IMG/VR virus record: IMGVR_UViG_2808606499_000001
DNA from: an uncultured virus (IMG/VR IMGVR_UViG_2808606499_000001)
Lineage: Duplodnaviria; Heunggongvirae; Uroviricota; Caudoviricetes
DNA length: 20,561 nt
Reading direction: 5' to 3' (one strand)
Numbering within the stretch: the first letter of the stretch is position 1; each line of letters opens with the position of its first letter. The position numbers and the translations under genes were made by a program. Shown here one piece after another: positions 11,660 through 19,374 of this stretch. The notes under the pieces are model-generated. The model was given only the letters and a program-made list of their open reading frames with translations, was not told where the DNA came from and did no database searches.

Positions 11660-12826
11660 ATGACCATCAAGTATTTCCAGTCCAGCCAGACCGGTGCACC
11701 GCAGCTGAGCGGCCAGCGGGGCACCCTGATCGCCGTGCTCAACGCCTGTCTCGGCAATGGCTTCAACCTGCGCACGTTGACCGCGATCACCCGCGAGGGC
11801 ACGGTGGCGACCGCCACGGCCGACGCTGGCCACGGCTTCCGGGAGGACGACATCGTGCTGATCGGGGGGGCCAACGAGGCGGCCTACAACGGCGAGCGCC
11901 GCATCCGCAATGTGACCACCAACACGTTTCAGTTCGACGTCGCGGCCGAGGCGGCTGAGCGTGCCACCGGGACCATCACCGCGAAGATCGCGCCACTGGG
12001 GTGGGAGATGCCGTTCTCGGGCGAGGACCGCGCGGTCTACCGGTCGCGCGACGTGACCAGCAACCGCTTGTTCCTGCGCATCGACGAGACGCCGCTCGCA
12101 GGCGATGGCAACTACGGGCGCGGCCCGCGCACGGTGCTGGCGCAGATGTGGGAAGTGCTAAACGACGTCGACAACGGCACGGGCAAGGCCGAGACGATGT
12201 GGCGCAAGGCGCAAAACGACAATGCGACGACGCGCCCCTGGGTGCTGGTGGGCGACAGCAAACGCTTCTGGCTGGCGGTGAACTGGAGCGAGAGCTACCC
12301 GAATCGCTACGCGCCGTACTTCTTTGGGGACTTCCCCTCCGCCAAGGCAGGCGATGCCTACGGTGCGCTGCTCGCCGGCTACTTCGACCTGAACATCAAT
12401 TGGGCCGAACCTTCCAGCAACCTCGTCACGGACAACGTCTACTCGGTCGGAACGGGTGTTGGCAGCACAGGCATCTGGCTGGCGCGCGGGTATTCGCAAC
12501 TGGGCGGCCGCATCAACGCGCAATGGGTCAGTGCCCCGGCGGGCGGGGGTAGCACGGGCCTGGGGGCGACCGCTGTGCCGTACCCGAACCCGGCGGACAA
12601 CGGCATCTACGTGATGCCACTGATGATTCAGGAACAGACCGGGCCGTCGCTGCGTGGCCGGCTGCCGGGCTTGCTGTGCCCGCTGCAGTCGATCCCCGCG
12701 CCGGAGCCGTGGAAGTTTCCCGGGTTCGTGATCGACGGCACGCAGCGCGAGCTGCTGGTGGTCAATGGCGCGGCCAGCAACGGCAACGCGCGCCTGGCTT
12801 TCGATCTGACCGGCCCGTGGGATTGA
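11660..12826 (+). CDS. Putative tail fibre/receptor-binding protein, allele B (388 aa, intact)
   Basis: True start is the ATG at 11660 (MTIKYFQSSQ...); same length as allele A, 18 amino-acid differences by hand alignment, most DNA changes synonymous. Confidence 0.7.
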   Translation: MTIKYFQSSQTGAPQLSGQRGTLIAVLNACLGNGFNLRTLTAITREGTVATATADAGHGFREDDIVLIGGANEAAYNGERRIRNVTTNTFQFDVAAEAAERATGTITAKIAPLGWEMPFSGEDRAVYRSRDVTSNRLFLRIDETPLAGDGNYGRGPRTVLAQMWEVLNDVDNGTGKAETMWRKAQNDNATTRPWVLVGDSKRFWLAVNWSESYPNRYAPYFFGDFPSAKAGDAYGALLAGYFDLNINWAEPSSNLVTDNVYSVGTGVGSTGIWLARGYSQLGGRINAQWVSAPAGGGSTGLGATAVPYPNPADNGIYVMPLMIQEQTGPSLRGRLPGLLCPLQSIPAPEPWKFPGFVIDGTQRELLVVNGAASNGNARLAFDLTGPWD

Positions 12827-12829
12827 TCC

Positions 12830-13268
12830 ATGGCCGGTGAAATCCCACGGGTCGTCGGCCCGCCCAGCCGGGTGTCGCCCGGTGCCNNNNNNNNNNNNNN
12901 NNNNNNNNNNNNNNNNNNNNNNNNNNNNNNNNNNNNNNNNNNNNNNNNNNNNNNNNNNNNNNNNNNNNNNNNNNNNNNNNNNNNNNGAACTCGAGCTGCC
13001 CGCCTCGCGTGCGCTCGAGTTCTGGGGCAACGGGCGCATCGAGGGGCGTGTGCGCATCGAGGGTGTGCCGGCTGCGCGCCGGGTGCGCTTGTTCGATGCA
13101 CTGACGGGCCTGCTGGTCGCCGAGGCCTGGTCGCGCAGCGATGGCTTCTACCGCTTTGACTATCTCGATACCGGCCGCGACTTCTTCCTGCTGGCGCATG
13201 ACCACGTGCGCCAGTTCAACGCGGTCATCGCCGACTGGGTCCGTCCCGAGCCCACCGTTTATCCATGA
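12830..13268 (+). CDS. Small tail-associated protein (beta-sandwich-like), gapped
   Basis: N-term MAGEIPRVVG... plus C-term GRIEGRVRIEGVPAARRVRLFD..TG.LVAEAWS..DGFYRFDYLD...FNAVIADWVRP; pattern common right after phage fibre genes; stop overlaps next ATG (ATGA). Confidence 0.6.
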
Positions 13269-13826
13269 TCACCCTGTCTGTACCGGTCCGGAATGGCCGA
13301 TTGGCCGTGATCGGCCAAGCGCTGGATGCCGGCACCGCGGGCGGCCTGCTGCGCCTGTATTCCGCGCCACGTCCCGACATCGGGCAGGCGCTCGCCGAGC
13401 AGGTCCTGCTGGCCGAAGTTCGCCTGCCGCTGCCTTGCATGGGGAGCCTGGAAGGGGGCCGGCTCGTGTTCGCGCCGATCGGGCAGGCGCTGTGCCGCCG
13501 CTCCGGCATNNNNNNNNNNNNNNNNNNNNNNNNNNNNNNNNNNNNNNNNNNNNNNNNNNNNNNNNNNNNNNNNNNNNNNNNNNNNNNNNNNNNNNNNNNN
13601 NNNNNNNNNCCTGGAAGGGGGCCGGCTCGTGTTCGCGCCGATCGGGCAGGCGCTGTGCCGCCGCTCCGGCATCGTTGCGTGGGCACGGCTGTCCGACAGC
13701 GACGGGCGCTGGGTGGCAGATCTGGATGCGGGCTTGCCGGACAGTGGGGCGGAGGTCGAACTGCCGAAGCTGCAGGTTTTCGCCGGCGGCGCGGTCAACG
13801 TGGAACTGGCTGAACTGACCGAATAG
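13265..13826 (+). CDS. Small conserved phage tail protein (~130 aa after removing gap and overlap)
   Basis: MITLSVPVRNGRLAVIGQALDAG..GGLLRLYS..RP...LLAEVRL...GIVAWARLSDSDGRWVADLDAG...ELTE*; reconstructed over overlapping contigs. Confidence 0.65.
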
Positions 13827-13830
13827 CGCC

Positions 13831-14065
13831 GTGACCGTCGATCTTGAATTCCGGGGGACGTGGAAGCCTCCGAACGGCGGTGGTGCCGATCTCGATTTCG
13901 GGGACACGCGGCTAGCGGCTCCCGAGGCGGCCAGTGCCACGGTCCGCCTCCGGTTGGGCCCGCCCAAGGCGCGCATCCGCGCGGCCTACGACAACCAGGT
14001 GAGCCGCAAGCTGGAATGCGGCGGCCGAGTGCCGTGGCAGCGTGCCCATCGCCAGGGTGCCGGCC
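13831..14065 (+). CDS. Hub-like tail protein, N-terminal fragment, allele A
   Basis: GTG start, MTVDLEFRGTWKPPNGGGADLDFGD...; alternative allele of 14387. Confidence 0.55.
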
Positions 14066-14165
14066 NNNNNNNNNNNNNNNNNNNNNNNNNNNNNNNNNNN
14101 NNNNNNNNNNNNNNNNNNNNNNNNNNNNNNNNNNNNNNNNNNNNNNNNNNNNNNNNNNNNNNNNN

Positions 14166-14382
14166 CCTGGAAGGGGGCCGGCTCGTGTTCGCGCCGATCG
14201 GGCAGGCGCTGTGCCGCCGCTCCGGCATGGTGGCCTGGGCACGGCTGTCCGACAGCGACGGGCGCTGGGTAGCGGATCTGGATGCGGGGCTGCCAGACAG
14301 CGGTGCGGAGGTCGAACTGCCGAAGCTGCAGGTCTTCGCCGGCGGCGCGGTCAACGTGGAACTGGCTGAACTGACCGAATAG
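14166..14382 (+). CDS. Second allele of the 3' part of the small tail protein gene
   Basis: Repeats 13610-13826 (GIVAW vs GMVAW). Confidence 0.6.
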
Positions 14383-14386
14383 TGCC

Positions 14387-15748
14387 GTGACCGTCGATCT
14401 CGAATTCCGGGGGGCGTGGAAGCCTCCGAACGGCGGTGGTGCCGATCTCGACTTCGGGGATACGCGGCAAGCGGTTCCCGAGGCAGCCAGCGCCACGGTG
14501 CGCCTCCGGCTGGGTCCACCCAAGGCGCGCATCCGCGTGGCCTACGACAACCAGGTGAGCCGCAAGCTGGAGGGCGGTGGCCAGGTGCCGTGGCAACGCG
14601 CGCATCGCCAGGGAGCCGGCCTGCACGACGGCTGGAACGACAGTGCGCGCGACCGCAGTGCTGCGGNNNNNNNNNNNNNNNNNNNNNNNNNNNNNNNNNN
14701 NNNNNNNNNNNNNNNNNNNNNNNNNNNNNNNNNNNNNNNNNNNNNNNNNNNNNNNNNNNNNNNNNNGCCGTGTTTGCGCGGCCAGTCGCAGGGATGGCAG
14801 CCCGCCGTGCCGCTTGCCTTGCGCGAGGCGTTCGGGTTCTCGCCCGGACGCTGGCAATCGGGGCGCTGGTCACTGCCGTGGGAGATCGGGCGACAGCCGC
14901 GCCCAGGCGAGTCGCACTTGCCGGTCGACCCTCCCGTGGTCGAGCCGGCACCCAGGTATCACCCCGATCTCGCCTTCATCTGCCATGCGACCCGCCAGGG
15001 CCTCGCGTGGCGCCCCGCGCTGTGGCTCGACTTCGGCGCCCACCCGTGCGGGCAGCCGGACGCCAGTGTCTTCAGCGTCCCCATCCTCAAGGTCTACTTC
15101 GTGAGCAACGCCGTTGATGTCGTGCGCCTGCCCGGCCGCGAGCCCATTCCTGCCAAGAGCGTCCGGCTCTCCATCGACGAGGATTCGTGGGCGTGGGGAC
15201 TGTCGGCCAGCCTGCCGTATGCGGCGCTGGAGCTGGTTGAGCCCACCGCGTCCGGGCCGGTGGAGATCGAAATCACGATCAACGGCGTGACCTGGGTGAT
15301 GTTGGTCGAGGGCTTCGACGTGCGGCGCGAGTTCGGGCAGGCGAGCCTCAACATCCGGGGGCGCTCGACAGCGGCTTACTTGGCCGAACCCTATGCGCCC
15401 AAGCGCTCCTTCGTGCCGGCGGCTCCCTTCACCGCGCGCCAGCTGGCCGAGCTGGAGCTGACGCGCGCGGGGCTGGTGACTGGCTTCACGCTCGACTGGC
15501 GGCTGCAGGACTGGCTGGTGCCGGAGGGCAGCTGGGGCTACCAGTCGCTGAGCCCGATGGGGGTGATCGGCCGCATCGTTGAAGCGGTGGGCGGCTACGT
15601 CAATGCCCATCCGCGACTGCGAACGCTGGTGGCCAAGTCCCGGTATCCGGTGCTGCCCTGGAACTGGGCAGCCGAGGTTCCGGACCGGACGCTGCCCATC
15701 GACGTGGTCAAGACGCTGAACCTGCGCTGGCAGGAGAAGCCCACCTTC
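14387..15748 (+). CDS. Phage tail protein (baseplate hub/Tal-like), gapped fragments
   Basis: Trp-rich N-terminal region followed by SWAWGLSASL...IEITING.TW...E...RREFG...I.GRSTAAYLAEPYAP; position at the end of the tail module. Hub assignment is inference. Confidence 0.6.
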
Positions 15749-15848
15749 NNNNNNNNNNNNNNNNNNNNNNNNNNNNNNNNNNNNNNNNNNNNNNNNNNNN
15801 NNNNNNNNNNNNNNNNNNNNNNNNNNNNNNNNNNNNNNNNNNNNNNNN

Positions 15849-17179
15849 TCCCGTGGTCGAGCCGGCACCCAGGTATCACCCCGATCTCGACTTCATCTGC
15901 CATGCGACCCGCCAGGGCCTCGCGTGGCGCCCCGCGCTGCGGCTCGACTTCGGCGCCCACCCGTGCTGGCAGCCGGACGCCGGTGTCCTCAGCGTCCCCA
16001 TCCTCAAGGTCTATTTTGTGAGCAACGCCGTTGATGTCGTGCGCCTGCCCGGCCGCGAGCCGATTCCCGTCAAAAGCCTCCAGATTGGCATCGATGCGGA
16101 TTCCTGGGCGTGGGGGTTGTCGGCCAGCCTGCCGTACCGGGCACTGGAACTGGTCGAGCCGACCGCATCCGGGCCGGTGGAGATCGAGATCACGATCAAT
16201 GGCGTGACCTGGGTGATGCTGGTCGAGGGGTTCGACGTGCGGCGCGAGTTCGGCCAGGCGAGCCTCAACATCCGGGGCCGCTCGACGGCGGCGTATCTGG
16301 CCGAACCCTATGCGCCAAAGCGATCCTTCGTGCCGGCGGCTCCCTTCACCGCGCGCCAGCTGGCCGAGCAGGAGCTGACGCGCGCGGGGCTGGTGACCGG
16401 CTTCACGCTCGACTGGCGGTTGCCGGACTGGCTGGTGCCCGAGGGCAGTTGGGGCTACCAGTCGCTGAGTCCGATGGGTGTGATCGGCCGCATTGCTGAA
16501 TCGGTCGGCGGCTACGTCAACGCCCATCCTCGGCTGCGGACGCTGGTGGCCAAGTCCCGGTATCCGGTGCTGCCCTGGAACTGGGCGGCCGAGGTTCCCG
16601 ATCGGACGCTGCCCATCGACGTGGTCAAGACGCTGAACCTGCGCTGGCAGGAGAAGCCCACCTTCNNNNNNNNNNNNNNNNNNNNNNNNNNNNNNNNNNN
16701 NNNNNNNNNNNNNNNNNNNNNNNNNNNNNNNNNNNNNNNNNNNNNNNNNNNNNNNNNNNNNNNNNCGGACGCTGCCCATCGACGTGGTCAAGACGCTGAA
16801 CCTGCGCTGGCAGGAGAAGCCCACCTTCAACGCGGTGTACGTCTGTGGCGAGCGCCAGGGCGTCACCGGGCACGTGGTGCGCGCCGGTACGGCGGGCGAT
16901 CTGGTCGCGCCGACGGTGGTCGATGGGCTGATCACCCACGCCGATGCCGCCCGTGAGCGGGGTCGCTCGATCTTGGCCGACGTCGGCCGGCAGGCGGTCG
17001 TCACGTTGGAGTTACCGATGCTCAGTTCGCTCGGCCTGCTCGATCCGGGCCTGCTGCTTGCCGTCGGCGAGGGCGGCAAGGACTGGCGTGGCCTGGTGCG
17101 TGCCACCAGCGTCGCCGCCGAGTGGAACGAATCCCTGACCGTGCGCCAGACCATCGAGGTTCAGCGCCACTACCTGTAG
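15849..17179 (+). CDS. Phage tail protein (hub-like), alternative allele plus C-terminus ending ...TVRQTIEVQRHYL*
   Basis: 15849-16665 parallels 14932-15748; 16766-17179 supplies FNAVYVCGERQGVTGHVVRAGTAGD..APTVVDGLIT...ARERGRSILA and stop TAG. Confidence 0.65.
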
Positions 17180-17188
17180 GAGCCCGCA

Positions 17189-17284
17189 ATGCCCAACCTG
17201 TGGCGGCAGTTCGAGGACTTGCTGCCGGATGCCCCCCTGCTGGTCGGCACCGTGGTGACCTCTCACGACGACGGCACGGTCACC
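17189..17284 (+). CDS. Short phage tail protein (spike-like position), N-terminal fragment
   Basis: AGGAG RBS at 17178-17182, ATG at 17189; MPNLWRQFEDLLPDAPLLVGTVVTSHDDGTVT; truncated by gap. Confidence 0.6.
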
Positions 17285-17384
17285 NNNNNNNNNNNNNNNN
17301 NNNNNNNNNNNNNNNNNNNNNNNNNNNNNNNNNNNNNNNNNNNNNNNNNNNNNNNNNNNNNNNNNNNNNNNNNNNNNNNNNNNN

Positions 17385-17626
17385 GCCAGACCTCCGGCGT
17401 GCCATGGGTTGATGCGCTGTCGATTAGCGTGAGGCCTGTGATCACGTACTGGTTCATGGGCCTGTACTGCGCGGCCAAGACCGCCGCGTTCGCGGGTGCG
17501 CTCACGGCCGGGGCAGGGTGGGGCGCAGCAACGGTGCAGGCGTGGACCGAAGCCGACCAGGCGTTGTGGGCCGGGGTGCTGAACTTCTGGTTCTTGGGTA
17601 GGGTATTCGATCGGGTGCGGTCGTGA
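17385..17626 (+). CDS. Holin-like membrane protein (3TM-holin-like), C-terminal fragment
   Basis: WVDALSISVRPVITYWF...LWAGVLNFWFLGRVFDRVRS*: hydrophobic segments, VRPxITY and FWFxxR motifs, basic C-terminus; stop overlaps the lysozyme start (GTGA). Confidence 0.65.
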
Positions 17627-17826
17627 CGGTGGTGCCACAAGCGGCCGTCGCACTCGCCAAACACTTCGAGGGATTCCATCGGGTGGCGAGGGTCGACCCC
17701 ACCCGGGCTCAGCCGTACGTCTGTCCTGCAGGGTACTGGACGATCGGCTACGGTCACCTTTGCGATCCGACGCACCCGCCCATCACGCAGGCCCAGGCCG
17801 AAGTCTATCTGGCGGCGGATCTCGTG
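17623..17826 (+). CDS. Phage lysozyme/endolysin (GH24 muramidase), N-terminal fragment
   Basis: K-H-F-E-G...P-Y-V-C-P-A-G-Y-W-T-I-G-Y-G-H...IT..QAE..L..DL is the GH24 signature; follows the holin-like gene. Confidence 0.9.
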
Positions 17827-17926
17827 NNNNNNNNNNNNNNNNNNNNNNNNNNNNNNNNNNNNNNNNNNNNNNNNNNNNNNNNNNNNNNNNNNNNNNNNNN
17901 NNNNNNNNNNNNNNNNNNNNNNNNNN

Positions 17927-18749
17927 GACGTGCAGTCCAGCAATGTCGACGCCGTATTGCAGGAGCCGCTGCTCGATCTCTTTGGCTACGCCATGCGGTC
18001 GGTTGCTGTGACCCTGGCGCGCGAAGCNNNNNNNNNNNNNNNNNNNNNNNNNNNNNNNNNNNNNNNNNNNNNNNNNNNNNNNNNNNNNNNNNNNNNNNNN
18101 NNNNNNNNNNNNNNNNNNNNNNNNNNNGCCGCTGCTCGATCTCTTTGGCTACGCCATGCGGTCGGTTGCTGTGACCCTGGCGCGCGAAGCACGCCTCCAC
18201 ACCGACGATTTCGAGACCAGCAGGTCGGCCGGCTGCGATGGCTTCACGCTGGCGATGCGGCAGNNNNNNNNNNNNNNNNNNNNNNNNNNNNNNNNNNNNN
18301 NNNNNNNNNNNNNNNNNNNNNNNNNNNNNNNNNNNNNNNNNNNNNNNNNNNNNNNNNNNNNNNGCCGCTGCTCGATCTCTTTGGCTACGCCATGCGGTCG
18401 GTTGCTGTGACCCTGGCGCGCGAAGCGAGCTTCCATACCGACGATTTCGAGACCAGCAGGTCGGCCGGCTGCGATGGCTTCACGCTGGCGATGCGGCAGN
18501 NNNNNNNNNNNNNNNNNNNNNNNNNNNNNNNNNNNNNNNNNNNNNNNNNNNNNNNNNNNNNNNNNNNNNNNNNNNNNNNNNNNNNNNNNNNNNNNNNNNA
18601 CCGACGATTTCGAGACCAGCAGGTCGGCCGGCTGCGATGGCTTCACGCTGGCGATGCGGCAGGTCTTTCCCGGCAAGCGGCGGGATGCGTGGGTCGGCGT
18701 TTTCGAGCGGGGGGAGCAACGGCTCGAAGTGCTTGGGCACCTTGAGTAA
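17927..18749 (+). CDS. Hypothetical protein (at least ~85 aa) spread over four overlapping contigs, two alleles
   Basis: Reconstructs to VQSSNVDAVLQEPLLDLFGYAMRSVAVTLAREA(RL/SF)HTDDFETSRSAGCDGFTLAMRQVFPGKRRDAWVGVFERGEQRLEVLGHLE* (TAA 18747-18749); allele changes keep the frame. Confidence 0.55.
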
Positions 18750-18849
18750 NNNNNNNNNNNNNNNNNNNNNNNNNNNNNNNNNNNNNNNNNNNNNNNNNNN
18801 NNNNNNNNNNNNNNNNNNNNNNNNNNNNNNNNNNNNNNNNNNNNNNNNN

Positions 18850-19032
18850 CGCGCACGCGTCTTCGGTCGTTGTGTAGATCAGTGTGCCGGTCGTCTCCAA
18901 CTGGCGCAGCGTTGCCGCGCTCGCGCGCACAGTGCGTTTGCTGCCTCGTCCGGCTTCAGGCGTCAGTCGTCGAGCGAGCTCGCACAATTGGGCCAGGGCG
19001 AGGGTTTGTGGGGATCGGTTTTGCTTACGCAC
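18850..19032 (-). CDS. Hypothetical protein, N-terminal fragment, downstream of the c4-like switch
   Basis: GGAGG Shine-Dalgarno ~6 nt before GTG at 19032; MRKQNRSPQTLALAQLCELARRLTPEAGRGSKRTVRASAATLRQLETTGTLIYTTTEDACA; start overlaps the end of the leader ORF. Confidence 0.6.
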
Positions 19033-19135
19033 CCTTTACCTCCATCCGGCTGACAACATGCTCGTGTAGCGGACGGTGGGTGGGCGGGGGTGGCGAAAAA
19101 AGGGCTTGCCTGATGCAAGCAGGGACGGTGGGCAT
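19025..19135 (-). CDS. 36-aa leader ORF (icd-like position) MPTVPACIRQALFSPPPPTHRPLHEHVVSRMEVKGA
   Basis: Hand-translated; AGGAG-N6-ATG start; below the ORF-track size cut-off; TAA at 19027-19025 overlaps the next gene. Confidence 0.55.
   Translation of the reverse strand: MPTVPACIRQALFSPPPPTHRPLHEHVVSRMEVKGA
19096..19120 (-). terminator. Intrinsic-terminator-like hairpin inside the leader ORF (possible attenuator)
   Basis: Minus strand GCTTGC-ATCAG-GCAAGC-CC-TTTTTT. Confidence 0.45.
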
Positions 19136-19143
19136 TGCGGGCT

Positions 19144-19186
19144 CCTGTAGTTGGTGGAGGCCCTGCCCCTCGTTCTCACACGAGGG
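19144..19186 (-). promoter_or_regulatory. Downstream antisense target pair (GTGAGAA in a hairpin loop; CTACAGG overlapping the RBS)
   Basis: Minus strand CCCTCGT-GTGAGA-ACGAGGG hairpin (19186-19167) and CTACAGGAG (19150-19142); complementary to TTCTCAC and CCTGTAG in the RNA. Confidence 0.75.
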
Positions 19187-19188
19187 AG

Positions 19189-19263
19189 GCGGGCCAGACG
19201 GCGGGGGTGAGAAACCGGCCTACAGGAAACCGGCCAGCCCGAAGGCTGCCCCGCCCGGCCCGC
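19189..19263 (-). ncRNA. c4-type antisense RNA (P1 C4 / P4 CI-like)
   Basis: Minus strand GCGGGCCGGGCGGGG-CAGCC TTCG GGCTG-GCCGGTTT CCTGTAG GCCGGT-TTCTCAC-CCCCGCCGTCTGGCCCGC: closing stem, cUUCGg hairpin, second hairpin and two heptamers complementary to flanking sites on both sides; ~75 nt. Confidence 0.8.
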
Positions 19264-19323
19264 GACGATATTGTAAGCGCGCACGTTCGATTCGGACCCC
19301 AATGCCACGAACGTGGCGGTCCG

Positions 19324-19368
19324 CCTGCAGGTCGGGTTCTCACGCCCGGTCACCGCTGTATCGGTGAC
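19324..19368 (-). promoter_or_regulatory. Upstream antisense target pair and 5' hairpin (c4-a1b1-like)
   Basis: Minus strand GTCACCG-ATACAG-CGGTGAC hairpin, then CGGG-C-GTGAGAA-CCCG hairpin (heptamer 19343-19337) and CCTGCAGG (19331-19324). Confidence 0.7.
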
Positions 19369-19374
19369 GGCGAC

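Larger units (their letters stand above)
1..18749 (+). mobile_element. Prophage or phage-derived element, tail and lysis module (two collapsed alleles)
   Basis: Co-oriented, tightly coupled TMP, tail, holin-like and lysozyme genes. No capsid, integrase or att site in the window; boundaries unknown. Confidence 0.85.
17178..19146. repeat. Perfect 18-bp inverted repeat AGGAGCCCGCAATGCCCA at 17178-17195 (+) and 19129-19146 (-)
   Basis: Direct comparison of aggagcccgcaatgccca with tgggcattgcgggctcct; both copies are internal to contigs and each is an RBS plus ATG. Confidence 0.8.

Noticed and set aside
9470..11833. Long minus-strand ORFs (787 aa and others) opposite the tail genes
   Set aside because: Shadow ORFs expected in high-GC DNA, mirroring the + strand codon bias; no recognisable motifs.
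10262..12826. Diversity-generating retroelement TR/VR pair or tail-fibre shufflon
   Set aside because: Several changes in the variable patch are at adenines, but most differences are synonymous third-position changes at all bases across the whole gene. No reverse transcriptase or invertase is in the window, and the copies are equal-length assembly bubble arms.
17189..17626. Single 145-aa ORF in the track
   Set aside because: It fuses a soluble tail-like N-terminus with a holin-like C-terminus across an arbitrary 100-N gap; probably two different genes.
17927..18662. Repeat array after the lysozyme
   Set aside because: Same artefact: overlapping contigs and a 136-nt bubble of a single gene.
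1..18749. Calling the element a tailocin or gene transfer agent
   Set aside because: The head and integration regions lie outside the window, so prophage, tailocin and GTA cannot be distinguished.
19036..19353. 105-aa Ash-family-like ORF (AGRAGQPSGWPVS motif)
   Set aside because: The motif is the translation of the c4-like RNA stems and there is no clear RBS. It supports the c4 call but is not counted as a protein, although translation cannot be excluded.
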